DNA of 64,000 nucleotides, taken from contig NW_003314295.1 in NCBI RefSeq assembly GCF_000143415.4, positions 395,075 to 459,074 on the forward strand. Reading direction: 5' to 3'. The DNA is from Selaginella moellendorffii. Lineage: Eukaryota > Plantae > Lycopodiophyta. Below are positions 48,875 to 62,344 of this stretch, in pieces (position 1 is the stretch's first letter; each line of letters begins with the position of its first letter). The notes under the pieces were generated by a model. It was not told where the DNA came from, ran no database searches, and saw only the letters and a list, made by a program, of their open reading frames with translations. The position numbers and the translations under genes were made by a program.

Positions 48875-50882
48875 TGGAAAACTGATAAGAACTGATGTCT
48901 TGAGATGTATTTTAACTTAGAAATGTATTTTCCTTTTACACAACAACTATTGGAGCAATCGATTTCACTGAACGAAGAAATCTTGGTTTTGGTGGTGACA
49001 ACTGTGATGGCGGGTCCTTGTCCTCGCTAGACTCTTTGGGACAACTTTTGGACGTGCTAGCCTCCACTGCATTGATCACAAACAAGCTCCCCATTGCACT
49101 ACTTGTTGATGGATCCTAGGTTATATACAAACTGAAAAGGGTTGAGACAAAAGGGAGGCATATATAGCTTTTAGTACGAATATTCTTTATTTTATTCTGG
49201 TCTAAGCTGTTTTGCGTTCATGTCTTAAGAAAAAAAATTATAATAATAAAAACATAAAGAGAAATAAAAAATATATTATGATTTAATATTTGAGCTTTTA
49301 TCCTCATTGAAATGCCACATCCACTTGCATGGTTTCCTAGCTTGCTACTCCAAAGGTTCTAGGCATTATAAAATGATTAGAAAATCAATGCTAAAGTAAA
49401 GATAAATCTTTTTAGGTATATCTTGAAAGTAAAATTGAATTGTTTGGCTATGAGGTATAAAATCCTAAACTTCCCTTCTAACATTATAGGTATTAATATA
49501 AACTTACTTCAAGGATTATTAGTATTAAAAATATTAGTTAGGATTTTAATAATTGACAGCAAAAAGCAATATAAGTTTAAACAAGAAAAATATAAAAGAA
49601 ATGTTACTTACAATGCTTACAGAAATATGGCAACGAATATGTGATTTCGCATGGAAGCATTATATATTTACACATGTGTGAATTTATTTTTTTGTTTTGA
49701 GTTACATGCAAAAATATTATGCATACAATCACTTTTCAATTGGTATATAAGCAATCAAAATGCCATTGTGTTGTCATGAGATATGTTATATATGCATGGG
49801 GCATAACAACTCATATTACTATATACACATCATGCCATATCATTTTAGACAATATAACATCACTGCAATTTAGCAAGGGTTTTTTTTCTCGTTCTTGTGA
49901 GTGCAAATTTATGATGAGTTAATTGTGATCATTTCTCTCCTCTCATTTCTCTTAGTTATAATCCATTTTTCATGGTTATTACTCATTTCTCACAACTATA
50001 GCTTATTTTTTGCAATTTTGGCTCATTTCTCACAACTTAAAAGTGTTATGCACCTTAATATATTTATTGCACCTCTCATTTTTTGTAATCTATTTGCAGT
50101 ATAACACTTTAACTTAGTGCTATAATAAATGTGATCGATTGGAGTGTAATGTGCAATCAATTGGAGTGCAATGGTGAGTGCAATCTATTGGAGTGTGGTG
50201 GTAAGTGTAATTAATTGAAGCATAATGATGAGCTCAATCAATTGGAATATAAAGGCAAAATAATTATTTAGTTTTTTCTCAATTTTGTAACTTTCTCTAG
50301 CATTCACTCACATAAAAGTTCCTTCATTTCTTCATTTGTTGCAAAACTATTAACTTACAAAGTATTTTTCATTACCTTTATCAAAGAGTGTTTAAAGAGC
50401 CTATAATATTTTAAAATCTAACTTGCACATTTAAAAAATATCACCCAAAAACTTAACCCTATTGACATGTAAAAATAAAATCTAACATAGGATGCAAAAA
50501 ATTATATATATAGCATTATTTTATGAGTCACACACGTGTTACAATAATTTAAATACACATGTGTTTTATTTTCATATATTTTACAAATGTGAAAGATATT
50601 TTACTAAGTTATCTATCCTAGGTACATCTCCTATCTTGGGAGGTGTACCTCCCCTCAAAATACTTCAAAATTTAATAGTGTAAAGATATTAAATGAAAAT
50701 ATATTAAAATGTAAACATGATAATTTTAAAACAATTAACTAAAACTTTAGAAATAATATAGTAAATTGTTATTAAATCATCTCTTCTAATAAAAAAGTAT
50801 GCTTTAAATTTTTATAAAAAATTCTTTAACATGCTCAGATAATAATAATTATTTAAATTTTAATCATAATTTTCAGTGGCAA

Positions 50883-51286
50883 NNNNNNNNNNNNNNNNNN
50901 NNNNNNNNNNNNNNNNNNNNNNNNNNNNNNNNNNNNNNNNNNNNNNNNNNNNNNNNNNNNNNNNNNNNNNNNNNNNNNNNNNNNNNNNNNNNNNNNNNNN
51001 NNNNNNNNNNNNNNNNNNNNNNNNNNNNNNNNNNNNNNNNNNNNNNNNNNNNNNNNNNNNNNNNNNNNNNNNNNNNNNNNNNNNNNNNNNNNNNNNNNNN
51101 NNNNNNNNNNNNNNNNNNNNNNNNNNNNNNNNNNNNNNNNNNNNNNNNNNNNNNNNNNNNNNNNNNNNNNNNNNNNNNNNNNNNNNNNNNNNNNNNNNNN
51201 NNNNNNNNNNNNNNNNNNNNNNNNNNNNNNNNNNNNNNNNNNNNNNNNNNNNNNNNNNNNNNNNNNNNNNNNNNNNNNNNNNNNNN
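50883..51286. other. Assembly gap (404 N)
   Basis: Run of N. By analogy with other units, the B3 and kinase bodies (about 3 kb) would lie here. Confidence 1.
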
Positions 51287-52090
51287 GGCTATGGCAGGGA
51301 TATGCATGGAGGGGCAATTCCTGTGCACCTTCACAAGCAACTAGGCGTGATGGGACTACTGTTATAAGTGCCACTACATCAAAGGCAACAGTGAGATTTG
51401 CAGCACTGGAGTTTGCCATCACCTCAAATGCAATTGTATCGCCCCTGCAGCTGAATCACGTGGTAAAATCCTGTTACTCCAAAGTCTCAATTGTTAAAAG
51501 TTTATTATATAAGCACACTTACCAGAGAGAAGAATAGTAATTGGCACACAACAGTTACTTCAATAGTTTGGTTGTTTTTCACTTGCAAGGGCATTCGATG
51601 AGAAACAAAGAAAAGAAGAACATTGAAAAGCGATTCTCCTCAATCACAAAGTTGAGAAGAGGAAGTAGAAATTCGTTTTTTCCTCTCTTAACCTGTCCTC
51701 CACGTCTTCCATAATTCCTAACTGATGTTCCACATTTCATAATCTCTGTCCCATATCTTAGCAATTGAGTATTGATGTTCTTGATCAAGCCCCCCAAGGT
51801 CACTGGAGCACTTGTACACATTTTCTTTGCACCAATAATACGGCATATCTTGGCAACTAACAGCGCAGCATCGTTTCCTTCGCTCGTAACATAGCTCTAG
51901 CTAGGGCTAAAGGAAGACTCACGGCCATACTGAGATGGAACGCCACTAAAGCTCAAACACTAGAACTGGAAAGATCTCTTCATTGCCAGGTATATGAAGT
52001 ACAAACAACAAAGGTTTTGTGCTCCTAGTTTTAGTAATGCTTGTGATACAAGATTGTGTTCGATCATCCCCCAAGAGGATGATTCGACGA

Positions 52091-52456
52091 TCAGTGGCGA
52101 GCTCTCTTGCTCGGCAGCCCGGCTTGTTGTTGCTGAAGCGCCAGTTGCCTTGTGAAGTAGTTCACCTCCTTAGCCAGTCGCCTCCTGTTCGCTTCCTCCT
52201 CTTGCTGGAGCGCCACGGCCACCATCCGCGTGATCCGGTCGGCACGGGGAGGATCCAACGCCACCTCGTCCTCCATGTAATGGCAGTCCGGACTGAGCGC
52301 CCTCTTGTTGTTGGTCTCGGCCCAGTGATCATAGTCCTCAAAGTCGAAGCTATCGTATTGTTTCACCCGGATGCTCCTATTGTTACCAGCCTCGATCACC
52401 AAGTCGTCAATCATGCGCTTGAGCTCAACATACCGCTCAACGTCCACCGCCACCAT
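52091..52456 (-). CDS. ORF121 copy 9, intact (minus-arm subtype)
   Basis: 366 nt; protein differs from copy 7 only at AGLPSK versus AGPPSK. Confidence 0.6.
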   Translation of the reverse strand: MVAVDVERYVELKRMIDDLVIEAGNNRSIRVKQYDSFDFEDYDHWAETNNKRALSPDCHYMEDEVALDPPRADRITRMVAVALQQEEEANRRRLAKEVNYFTRQLALQQQQAGLPSKRARH

Positions 52457-53141
52457 CTTCGATCTGCTCCGCTCGTGAGAAGTTCTTCTGGACTCCTTTT
52501 TACAATCACTAACCCTATACAAAACAAATGGATATGCCACTTTTTTGCCAAATATTCTTTCATTATCTTTAAGACAAAAAAAAAGGTTTTAACCGGCTTA
52601 TTGAAATATTTTTAAATTTGTTTTATGGAGCAGCGATCTCCACAGATTTGAAGAGCTAGGAGCGAGGAACTAGAAATTCGTGGATTCAACCAGAGTTTCA
52701 AAGACTTGTTTTGTCCCTGAATTTTTTCCATCTTTCACTGAGCTCATCGATGGCATCAACTCTCTGCTTTCAGGATTTAATCTCCTCGTCATCCGTCCAA
52801 GCATCAATCCCGTCCTCAGTCCAAGTCGTCCAGCAAGAGTTTCTGCCACCAGCTGGGACGCTCTGCATGTATAGCCCCTGGTAATTAATCCGCTGGAGAA
52901 AGCTCCCACGAAAATTCGCCTTGCATGTGCGCGGCTGCGGGGTTAAAAGGAGACTGCATAAACATGCACACACTTGTCAATTACAAAATCATGCAAGGAG
53001 AGTAGGGGAGAAAAACAAGAACAGTACACACACACCGAAACAAGAAACACCAGGGGAGAAAAAAAAAGTGGCAGCCATGCCTCCAATGATGTCCTCTAGA
53101 TCCGTAATTGTACATGGCACCTCGATCTCGTGCAGGGCGCT

Positions 53142-54825
53142 TCATCCAAACGCAATTAAAGCAAGCTTTTGCATGCGGTTCAGAACTTCCCTCTCCTCTC
53201 TTTCAAATGCTTCCCTGAAGCCCTTGCGTGAGTCGTCGTCCATGGGAGGCAGGACAATGGTCATCTGGGGAATAGGCAGATCAAGCCTTTTCCACGAATG
53301 CCTGCCAGTCTTCGTAACCTTTGGCTGACCGTCTTCAATCACGTAGTCCCTCAAACCCATGAAACTCCCCGCTTGCTTGATGCTTAACTCCTGGATTATA
53401 ATTTATCATGTTCACAAGCTCCCCATTCCCCAGCACATCCCTGTATCGCCTCTTGAACGCTTTCAACAGCTCCGAAGGCTTTTAGGCATCCATATGGAAA
53501 GTCACAAACTGGGCCTCATCCATTGTCGTCTCAGCGGCATCAGCACCATTCCGGGATGGACTTGCGAAGAGGACCCTCCTTCCTCGTGTGGCTCTATATC
53601 CTTGAAAGCTATCGTCCACAAGGAGCCAAGTCCCTGCTAAGCTCAACAGGTCTGTCGGAACTTTAGATCTCTCCGCCCAGCGAGATGATGATGAAGACCC
53701 TGGCATCCACAAACAGTTGCACTAAAATGTATCTCCAGCTAGTTCCGCATCGCTGAGGAGCTCGCGAACGAAGTACCAGATGCAGCACGACTTCCTATCC
53801 CCGGATTACCGGAGATGTGCGCGAAGATGCTGTGGCCGTGTCTCAGCTGACGATAGATCTTCTCGTAAGACTTGCGAACGAGGATGTCGGCAGGGTTGGC
53901 TGTGAGCTCGGCTATGACGGCAGGGAGCCTCAGAAATCCTTCCGCATCCCAACCCCTGCACAGGTGCGAGCGGGTGTCCGGGGGAAAATCTTGTCCTCGG
54001 CAAAAGGGACTGCATAAACAAGCACACACTTGTCAAAGTTACAAATCATGGAAGAGCAGAGGAAACATACACACAACGAAAACAAAAAGACTGTACCTCG
54101 AATGATATGCTCTGCCCCGGCGTCGAACTTGACACGGTTTAAGCCATCGTCCACGCTCATCCGGCTTCTTGTAAAAGAAGCTTAGGGCGCCAGCCGTAAG
54201 AACCTCTCCGACCCGCACTTTGCCATTCTTTAGACAGAACTTGAGCTTGTCATCCATCCATGCGAAAGTACACGATGCCACTCCTTCCTCATCCTCTTAC
54301 TCATCGCCCTCGTTCGCTTCCCACAGCCTCACTGAACCATAGTTTTTGTGAGAGCTACCTATAGAAAATGAGACGAAACAAAACCCATGGCTGCTGCTCT
54401 GCTGCTGCTCTCCATTGTCTGAAAAGAAAGCAATGAGATTTGTCAAAAGATTGCTTTCAGCAATATTCTCTCCTTTCACTGCACAGGCCAGCAGCAGCAC
54501 TAATAGAGAAGCAAGCATCTCTCCATCCCAAAATGAAACAGATAAATGCTTTTTGTGGGTTCCAGCTGAAGAAGAATCCATCGATTTTGTTACGATCATG
54601 TGAGAGAGCACTTACCTTGCAAGTCCTTCTTGCGGAGTAAAATTCCTAGAGCGTAGAAACAACATCTACGACTTTGTAAAGTTTAAAATTTTGAACTAAG
54701 AATGGAGAGAGAAAAGCTTACTTACGACCAGAAAAGTCTCGAGAGTGAAAATAAAGAAGAAAAGGGATACCACTCACAAGTTTGAGATTCCTGAGATACA
54801 TCTCCACTCCAGGAGCTAGGACAAA
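53142..54825 (-). pseudogene. Crinkler/RHS-type NTPase-REase gene, internally deleted copy retaining 5' exons
   Basis: Same lesions as the 13.5-kb and 28.1-kb copies. Keeps the N-terminal exon SSHKNYGSVRLWEANEGDE*EDEEGVASCTFAWMDDKLKFCLKNGKVRV. Confidence 0.75.
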
Positions 54826-55472
54826 GTGCAATAAATAATGACTCCAGAAGCTTATGGATAAATAAACCACCATAAACCATTTCCTTTCGAAAAATGAAGG
54901 TGAAAAAAAAGTATCCCAAATCCAAAAGCTATCCAGCTCCGACCGAAGAAATTCTTCTTTCTTGCGGAGTGCTCGATCTCGTCAACTTCTCCCCGATTTT
55001 GCAGAATGCAAGGCAAATTTTTGTGGGAGCTTTATCCAGCAGATTGATTACCAGGTCCCAGGAGCGAAAGCTGGCGGAAGAAACTCTTGCTGGTCGACTT
55101 GGAGTGGTGGGGAGAGAACAAGATTGGACGCATGATGCTCCGACGGATGGCAAGGAGATTAAATCCTAGAAGCAGACAGTACGAGCTCAGTGAAAGCTAG
55201 GGACAGAAGCGAGTGAAAATCCGCTTCCAATCGTTTCGAAACTCTGGTTTTATACGCCATCACGAATATCTGGCTCCTCACTCCTGAGCTCTTCAAATCG
55301 GTGGAGAGCATAAAACAAATTTAGTAAACCGGTTAAGTTGCTGAAAACCTTTATCTTAAAGATGGTGAAACAATATTTGGCGAAAAACGTAGTATATCCG
55401 TTTGTTTCGTATAGGGTTTGTGCTTGTAAAAGGGAAACTAGAAGAACTTCTCACGAGCAGAGCAGATCGGAG

Positions 55473-55838
55473 ATGGTGGCGGTGGACGTTGAGCGGTATG
55501 TTGAGCTCAAGCGCATGATCGACGACTTGGCGATTGAGGCTGGTAACAATAGGAGCATCCGGGTGAAACAATACGATAGCTTCGACTTCGCGGGCTATGA
55601 TCACTGGGCCGAGACCAACAACAAGAGGGCGCTCAGGCCGGACTGCCATTACATGGAGGACGAGGTGGCGTTGGATCCTCCCCATGCCGACCGGATCACG
55701 CGGATGGTGGCCGTGGCACTCCAGCAAGAGGAGGAAGACAACAAGAGGCAACTGGCTAAGGAGGTGAACCACTTCACAAGGCAACTGGCGTTTCAGCAAC
55801 AACAAGCCGGGCCACCGAGCAAGAGAGCTCGCCACTGA
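55473..55838 (+). CDS. ORF121 copy 10, intact
   Basis: 366 nt from ATG to TGA. Confidence 0.6.
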   Translation: MVAVDVERYVELKRMIDDLAIEAGNNRSIRVKQYDSFDFAGYDHWAETNNKRALRPDCHYMEDEVALDPPHADRITRMVAVALQQEEEDNKRQLAKEVNHFTRQLAFQQQQAGPPSKRARH

Positions 55839-56189
55839 TCGTTGAATCATCCCCTGGAGGGATGATCGAAAACAATCTTGTATCACAAGCTCCAACAAAC
55901 GTGTGAACAAAGCAAGCTCCTACCAAGGAGGACAAATTTTTGTTGTTTGTACTTCATATACCTGGCAATGAAGAGATCTTTCCAGTTCTATGAGCTTTAG
56001 TGGTGTTCCATCTCGCGGAATATGGCCGTGAGTTATTTGGGCCTTCCTTTAGCTAATAAGCCCTGGCTAGAGCTACATTACAAGCGAAGGAAACGATGCT
56101 GCGTTATTAGCTGCCAGGGTATGCTGTATTATTGGTGCAAAGAAAATGTGTACAAGTGCTCCAGTGATCAAGAACATTAATACTCAATT

Positions 56190-58293
56190 CACAACTACAC
56201 AAAAGCATTATAATGACGTGATTTTCCAACAAAAATTTTGTGTTTGTTGGAAATTTAAGTTGTAATTTTCAACTACTTGCTATCAACTTAAATGTTAGTA
56301 GCAAATTGGCTTTAGTTACAAATTTTTTGCAATGTCTGATAGCATTCATAGTTACTCAGATTTAAGTTGGAAATTATAGTTGTCCTTTACAACTAAAATA
56401 GAAATCATAACTTTTACATATTCTTTAAAATTAGATAAGCTCATATATGTTGCTAATTAGAGTTGCAATTTACAATTTTTAACATGCAACTAAAATGTAA
56501 GTTCTTAAGGTTTGTAGTTTCAAAATTTTTAGTCACAAATTTCAATAATATTTAGTTTATGCTTTTTGTTTAGGATTTAGGAATGAAGGTTGCATGTTGG
56601 TATTTAAGATGTAGAGGAAATAAAATTTGCCTCATACAAATTATCATAGATTATATTCATCTTTATGGTAGACATCCTTCAGCACCACATGATGCATGAT
56701 TTCCAATAAAAGATATTCAAGGGATTAGATTATATAGATCTATTACTTCAGTAAAATAATTTTTTAAAATTGACGAAAATTTTGTAATTCCAGATGATTG
56801 TGGTATTAATTTGAGTGGTGGTAATGGAGGTGGCAATGACAATATTAAGGATGAGATTATTTTTCAGAATGGTTACATGGATATGAAGATAATTTATTAC
56901 CTATTTATGAAGGGGCTAGTGCTTTTAATTTGTCGGCTTATTTATGTATTTTATATGTGCAAGTTATTCCTAAAATATCAAACCAAGCAACAGATTATTT
57001 TTTAAGGTAATTACTTTTATTTATTATTTAGTATTCAATCTTTCATTATTTGGATGAAGGCTCTTCAAACAAATATTACCTACAAATAATATTTTTCCAA
57101 ATAAATATAAGGAATTGGTAAAAGTCACTAAACACAATGGACTTACCTATAAAAATAATTGATTCATGTATGTTATTTTATAAGGAGAATAAAGACCTTC
57201 AATTTTATCAAATTGATAATGCTAGTAGGTACAAAGATTTTAATAATTTTATACTTGAGAAAATAATGTTCTATTTTCCTATTATACCTCGATTTCAACA
57301 ACAATTTCAATGTAGAGAAATAACACAATACATGACTTATCATTTTGATCATTGATCCATTGATGGAATAATAAAAATTTCTGCTGATGGTTCATCTTAG
57401 AAAAAATTCAAAAATGATTATCCAAATTTTGCAGCAAACCATAGGTAGAAAACACCAATGACCAATATATATGCATTTATGTAAGCTTCATGACCATAAT
57501 CCAAAAAATTCTATTCCACAATCTGGGTAAAAGTATTTCCCACTAGTTTGAAGTCTTGAACAAAATCATAATCCAGGAAAATCATGAACAAACTATTGCA
57601 TTATTGCTCTATGTTTGAAAAACTATTAACCCTCTAGTTTAGAATTATCTTTGCATAGCACTCTATCCCATAATTGTTTTAACTCTTCCACAAATAATAA
57701 CCAATAAGTATCAGATAACTTGGACCTAGAAAAATTATTAATATACTTATTTTATTTTATTTTTTTAACTAATACCTGATATAATCATAATAGGAAATAT
57801 AAATGAAGGCTTAATTGCTAGAGTTGGTGGTATATTATTATTCATTGCAACAATTGCCTAATATGAACATAGTTTTGCCATTAATTTTGTTAAAGAAAGA
57901 CTATCTGTAGTCACACTAAAATATATATTTCTTGGATCCATTTAGGTCTAGTAATAAAAGGTAAAATTTTAATTATTATTTCTAAAACATGAAAAAATGA
58001 AGCACCGAAAATTTCTTTTCCACCCTTCACGAAATTAATCTATAATTTTAATTTATTTATTTAATGGTCATAATTGTATTCAACCAATACTAAAATAGAT
58101 GACTCCTGGGCAACACATTATTATTTGGTTAAACAAAAAGATTAAATATCATTACTTAATGGTATGAAATGATTTTATCAATATTGCTAAATATGGAAGA
58201 GAGATTAGGAAATTCTGGACCATTAATTAGGAATCTGGAAGAGAGGACAAATATGGAAAACAAGCCTAAACACATTTTACACTAGAAGTATGG
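56190..58293 (+). mobile_element. CACTA (En/Spm) Tnp2/Transposase_21-like remnant with an internal inversion
   Basis: Plus strand: LPIYEGASAFNLSAYLCIL, LPTNNIFP, GLTYK/IIDSC, YFPIIPRFQQQF, MTYH...SIDG...ADG...YPNFAA. Minus strand 57437-57938: DPRNIYFSVTTD, NNNIPP, FVEELKQLWD, VHDFPG. No clear TIRs. Confidence 0.8.
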
Positions 58294-59279
58294 CAAAGTC
58301 TATACCGATGAAATCAACCTCTAAAAAAGGTAAGGAAAAAACGTTTGTTTTGTTTTTTTGACAAAAAACAATGCGCCTACTCCCTCTTCTCAACTTTGTG
58401 ATTGAGGAGAATGGCTTTTCAATGTTCTTCTTTTCTCCTTTTCCTTGTTTCTCATCGAATGCTTGTGTTCTTGCTCCCGCTTCACCACTGCCCTTGCAAG
58501 TGAAAAACAACCAAACTACTGAAGTAACTGCTCTGTGCATCATGTTTTCTTCGAATCTAAGTACTATTTTTACGCTCTCTCTGGTTCCACTTGCGAGAAC
58601 AAACATGAATTTAGAGACGATTGGACGTGTGCTTATAAACGTTTAAGAACAGATTAAGGAAATGGAGACTTTGGAGTAACAGGATTTTACCATGCGATTC
58701 AGCTGCAGGGTGATGGCAAACTCCAGTGTTGCAAATCTCACACTTGCTGCCTTTGGCACTTGTGGCAGTAGTCCCGGCACACCTGGTCGCTTGGAGGTGC
58801 ACAGGAAGTGCCCCTCCACACATATCCCCGCCATAGCCAGGCTCTCCTTGTTGTCCACTCCAGGTTGACGAGCACGAGTCCATGAGGTGAGCTTGGCCAT
58901 TTTGGAGAATATATATATTCCATTTCCCACTAAGGCTGTGGGTGGTAATGTTTTTCACAGGGTTAGTAGCCTCACGAACTGTCGTTGATTTCTTCGAACA
59001 TGGCAGAAAGAAGAGGAGCTTAAGTTCCTTCGGTCGGAGCTGGATAGCTTTGGGAAGGAAGATTTACTTCCTCTTCTAGAAGGGAACGAGCACGCAGTCA
59101 TGGACGACGAAGTTTTCAAAATGAGGCATGCACGAAACATCACCTGGAACATTATACTACTGTCGATCTTGCCACGGAACTTGCAAATCCCCTCTCGAAC
59201 TTGTTTTCCTGGTGCCACTTAAGGAGCTCTTGGAACAAATCCGAGAATGGCCCCGTTGCGTTCCTATCTCCGGAATATC

Positions 59280-60480
59280 CTCCTTCAGGCATATGCCCAG
59301 AGGGGGTCTTCGACAGGATGCCGTCCAAGGACGTGGTCGCGTGGACGGCTATGGTGAATGCCTACGCCGAGAACGGCGTTGTGGACCTCGTGCAATGTAT
59401 GTTCGAGAATAGGCCCGTGAGGAACGTGGTGTCGTGGAACTCCATGCGTTTTGCATATGCCCAAAGCGGGTATTGCAGTCAAGACATGGAGCTCCTTCAT
59501 ATCATGCCTGCTCACAACGAGTACACGTGGAATGTTATGATTCCTTGCTACGCTCTTAGTGGAAAAACGGGCAAGGCTATGGTTGTGTTCCCGTCGGCGC
59601 AAGAATGCTATGGTGAAAGATCCCTTTGACGCAATGCCTGCTCGCAATATTGTGTCGTGGAAGAAGCTCGATTTAAGCTCAATCACCTGGAGCGTGATGC
59701 TTCAAGCATTTGCAGGGTTTGGGCATGTACAAGATGGCGAGAGTTTGTTTCAGATCATGCGAGAAACCTCACTCGGCGATCCCAGTTGCTTGTCAGCGTG
59801 GACCAACATGATTGTTTTATAAGATTGACAAAGCTCGAGCAGTGTTTGATGCTTTGGCGTGCCTGGACAAGGTCTCCTGGAACACCATGCTCGCTCACCT
59901 GACGTCCACCACTGCAAATATTTCTTCGAGCAAATGCCCGGCCACAACCTGGTGTCTTACAACACTGTCTTGTCCTCGGTGGTCAGCTGCAGATTATCCG
60001 AGAAAGCAGTGAAAATCTTCGTCGAAATGCTAGAGATAACATACAGTGTGATGATGCAAGCTTATGCACAGGAAGGCCAGCTTGCGAGTGCCAGGGACAT
60101 CTAGGAGACAATGCCGGATCGCAACTCAGTGGCTCTCATCACCGTGATCTTGGCACTCGCACAGCCCAATCCCCAAGAACAGCCTGGAGCTCGATCATCC
60201 CGGCCTATGTGCAGAACGGACGCGTGACTGGATCGCTTTCGAGAGATGATCTTGCTGTCTTTCAAGCCAGACGAGACCATCTTCACGAGAAATCTAGCAG
60301 CGGCAGCGAGCCAGCTCGAGCAGTGTTGCCGAGATTTTTTGTCCATGATCGCAGACTTTGGGATCTCTCCCAGGATCGAGCACGCAATGGGGCGACCTGG
60401 GCAGCTGGAGCAATCCATGCCATTTGTTCCACAGCCGGGCTTGTGGATGATTCTTCTGGGCTCGAAATGCAAAGGTTGTG
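59280..60480 (+). pseudogene. PLS/E-class PPR pseudogene, duplicate of 33330-34545
   Basis: Near-identical sequence with the same frameshifts. Confidence 0.9.
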
Positions 60481-62158
60481 GAAATGTCGGCTGGAAAATC
60501 GGGATAATGCCAGGTTGACAACCAACAATCCTAGTCATCCCGGAGATGCGGGTGTTGTGCCATGTAAGCTGAAAACCTATCCCACCAGCCAAGGCGCAAT
60601 AGAGGAACACTGGTATAAAAGAAATGGAGTGGGAGGTATGGTTAATCCGGGAGAGCCTGAAAGGGCGCTTGCATCCCTCGGGTTGCTTAGTAAATGGGGT
60701 CGCTGACCCTTGACCACTTGGCCCCCCTCGTCGGTGACCCAGTAGTGCTAAGTCGGTATGGTCAACTCCACCGTGACCTACCGGATAGCGCTTGGTACCC
60801 AGGGCGCCCAAGGAGGCCCGATATCTTTTGCAAACATTTCTTTGATCTTCCTTTGTGGAATTTCTTGGTGCGCCAGGCCTTGAAGTAAAATTTTTCACTC
60901 ATTTGAGAGAAACGAATGTTTGCGGCATCAGGCGGTTCTCAATTTCGCAAGACCATCAAAGCTCAACCTAATGCGTTATGTAGATGATGCTTCTCTCTCT
61001 TTCTTTTTCCCGAACAAGCAAGGATGGCACTTTCAAGTGCCTGAGAAAGGATAGAGAATTGTGCTCCAAACACGTTACACTTGTTCTAACAAACTTGTGA
61101 ACAAAGCAAGCTCCTGCGAAGGATCAAAAACTTTTGTTGTTTGTACTTCATATACCTGGCAATGAAGAGATCTTTCCAGTTCTATGAGCTTTAGTGGCGT
61201 TCCATCTCGCGGAATATGGTCGTGAGTCATTTGGGTCTTCCTTTAGCTAATAAGCCCTAGCTAGAGCTACATTACGAGTGAAGGAAACGTATTGGTGCAA
61301 AGAAAATGTGTACAAGTGCTCCAGTGGTGCCTGATCAAGAACATCAATACTCAAAGTCTATATTGATCAATTCAACCTCTAAGGAAAAAACGTTTGTTTT
61401 GTTTTTTGGAAAAAAACAATGCGCCTACTCCCTCTTCTCAACTTTGTGATTGAGGACAATGGCTTTTCAATGGTTCTTCTTTTCTCCTTTTCCTTGTTTC
61501 TCATCGAATGCTTGTGTTCTTGCTCCCGCTTCACCACTGCCCTTGCAAGTGAAAAACAACCAAACTACTGAAGTAACTGCTCTGTGCATCATGTTTTCTT
61601 CGAATCTAAGTACTATTCTTACGGTCTCTCTGGTTCCACTTCCGAGAACAAACATGAATTTAGAGACGAGTCATTTAAAATGAGATGGAAGTACTTTTAA
61701 TAACAGATTAAGGAAATGGAGACTTTTGAGCAACAGGATTTTACCATGTGATTCAGCTGCAGGGTTTGCTCGAGGTGATGGCAAACTCCAGTGTTGCAAA
61801 TCTCACACTTGCTGCCTTTGGCACTTGTGGCAGTAGTCCTGGCACACCTGGTCGCTTGGAGGTGCACAGGAAGTGCCCCTCCACACATATCCCCGCCATA
61901 GCCAGGCTCTCCTTGTTGACCACTCCAGGGTGACGACCAAGTCCATGAGGTGAGTTTGGCCATTTTGGAGAGTATATATTCCATTTCCCACTAAGGCTGT
62001 GGGTGGTAATGTTTTTCACAGGGTTAGTAGCCTCACAAACTGTCGTTGATTTCTTCGAACATGGCATGGTTTAGACGAAATGGAGACATCGCTTTTTTTC
62101 GTCCAAGAGGAGAAACGAAGAACAAACAACATGGTACGTACCTGAGGAAAATGTCTGA

Positions 62159-62344
62159 GAAGACGAGGTCGGCAGCCGAGTCCGAGGAGCTCACGGGAGC
62201 AAGCTCGAGCGCATGACTAGGAGCCTGCTGGGCTCGCCCGGAGCGATCGTGCAGGGCAGCTTCGATGGATCGCTCAAGGCTAAAGCATCTGAAGAAGAGC
62301 TGAAGAAGATCCTCCGCCTGGCATTTCACTATGATGCCTTCTAG
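62159..62344 (+). pseudogene. B3 C-terminal paralogue fragment
   Basis: Same as 36217-36402. Confidence 0.7.

Noticed and set aside
50853-51422. ORFs of 155-189 aa spanning the gap
   Set aside because: Artefacts of translating N.
58280-58293. CACTAG as a CACTA terminus
   Set aside because: Wrong orientation for a right end, with no matching TIR or 3-bp TSD.
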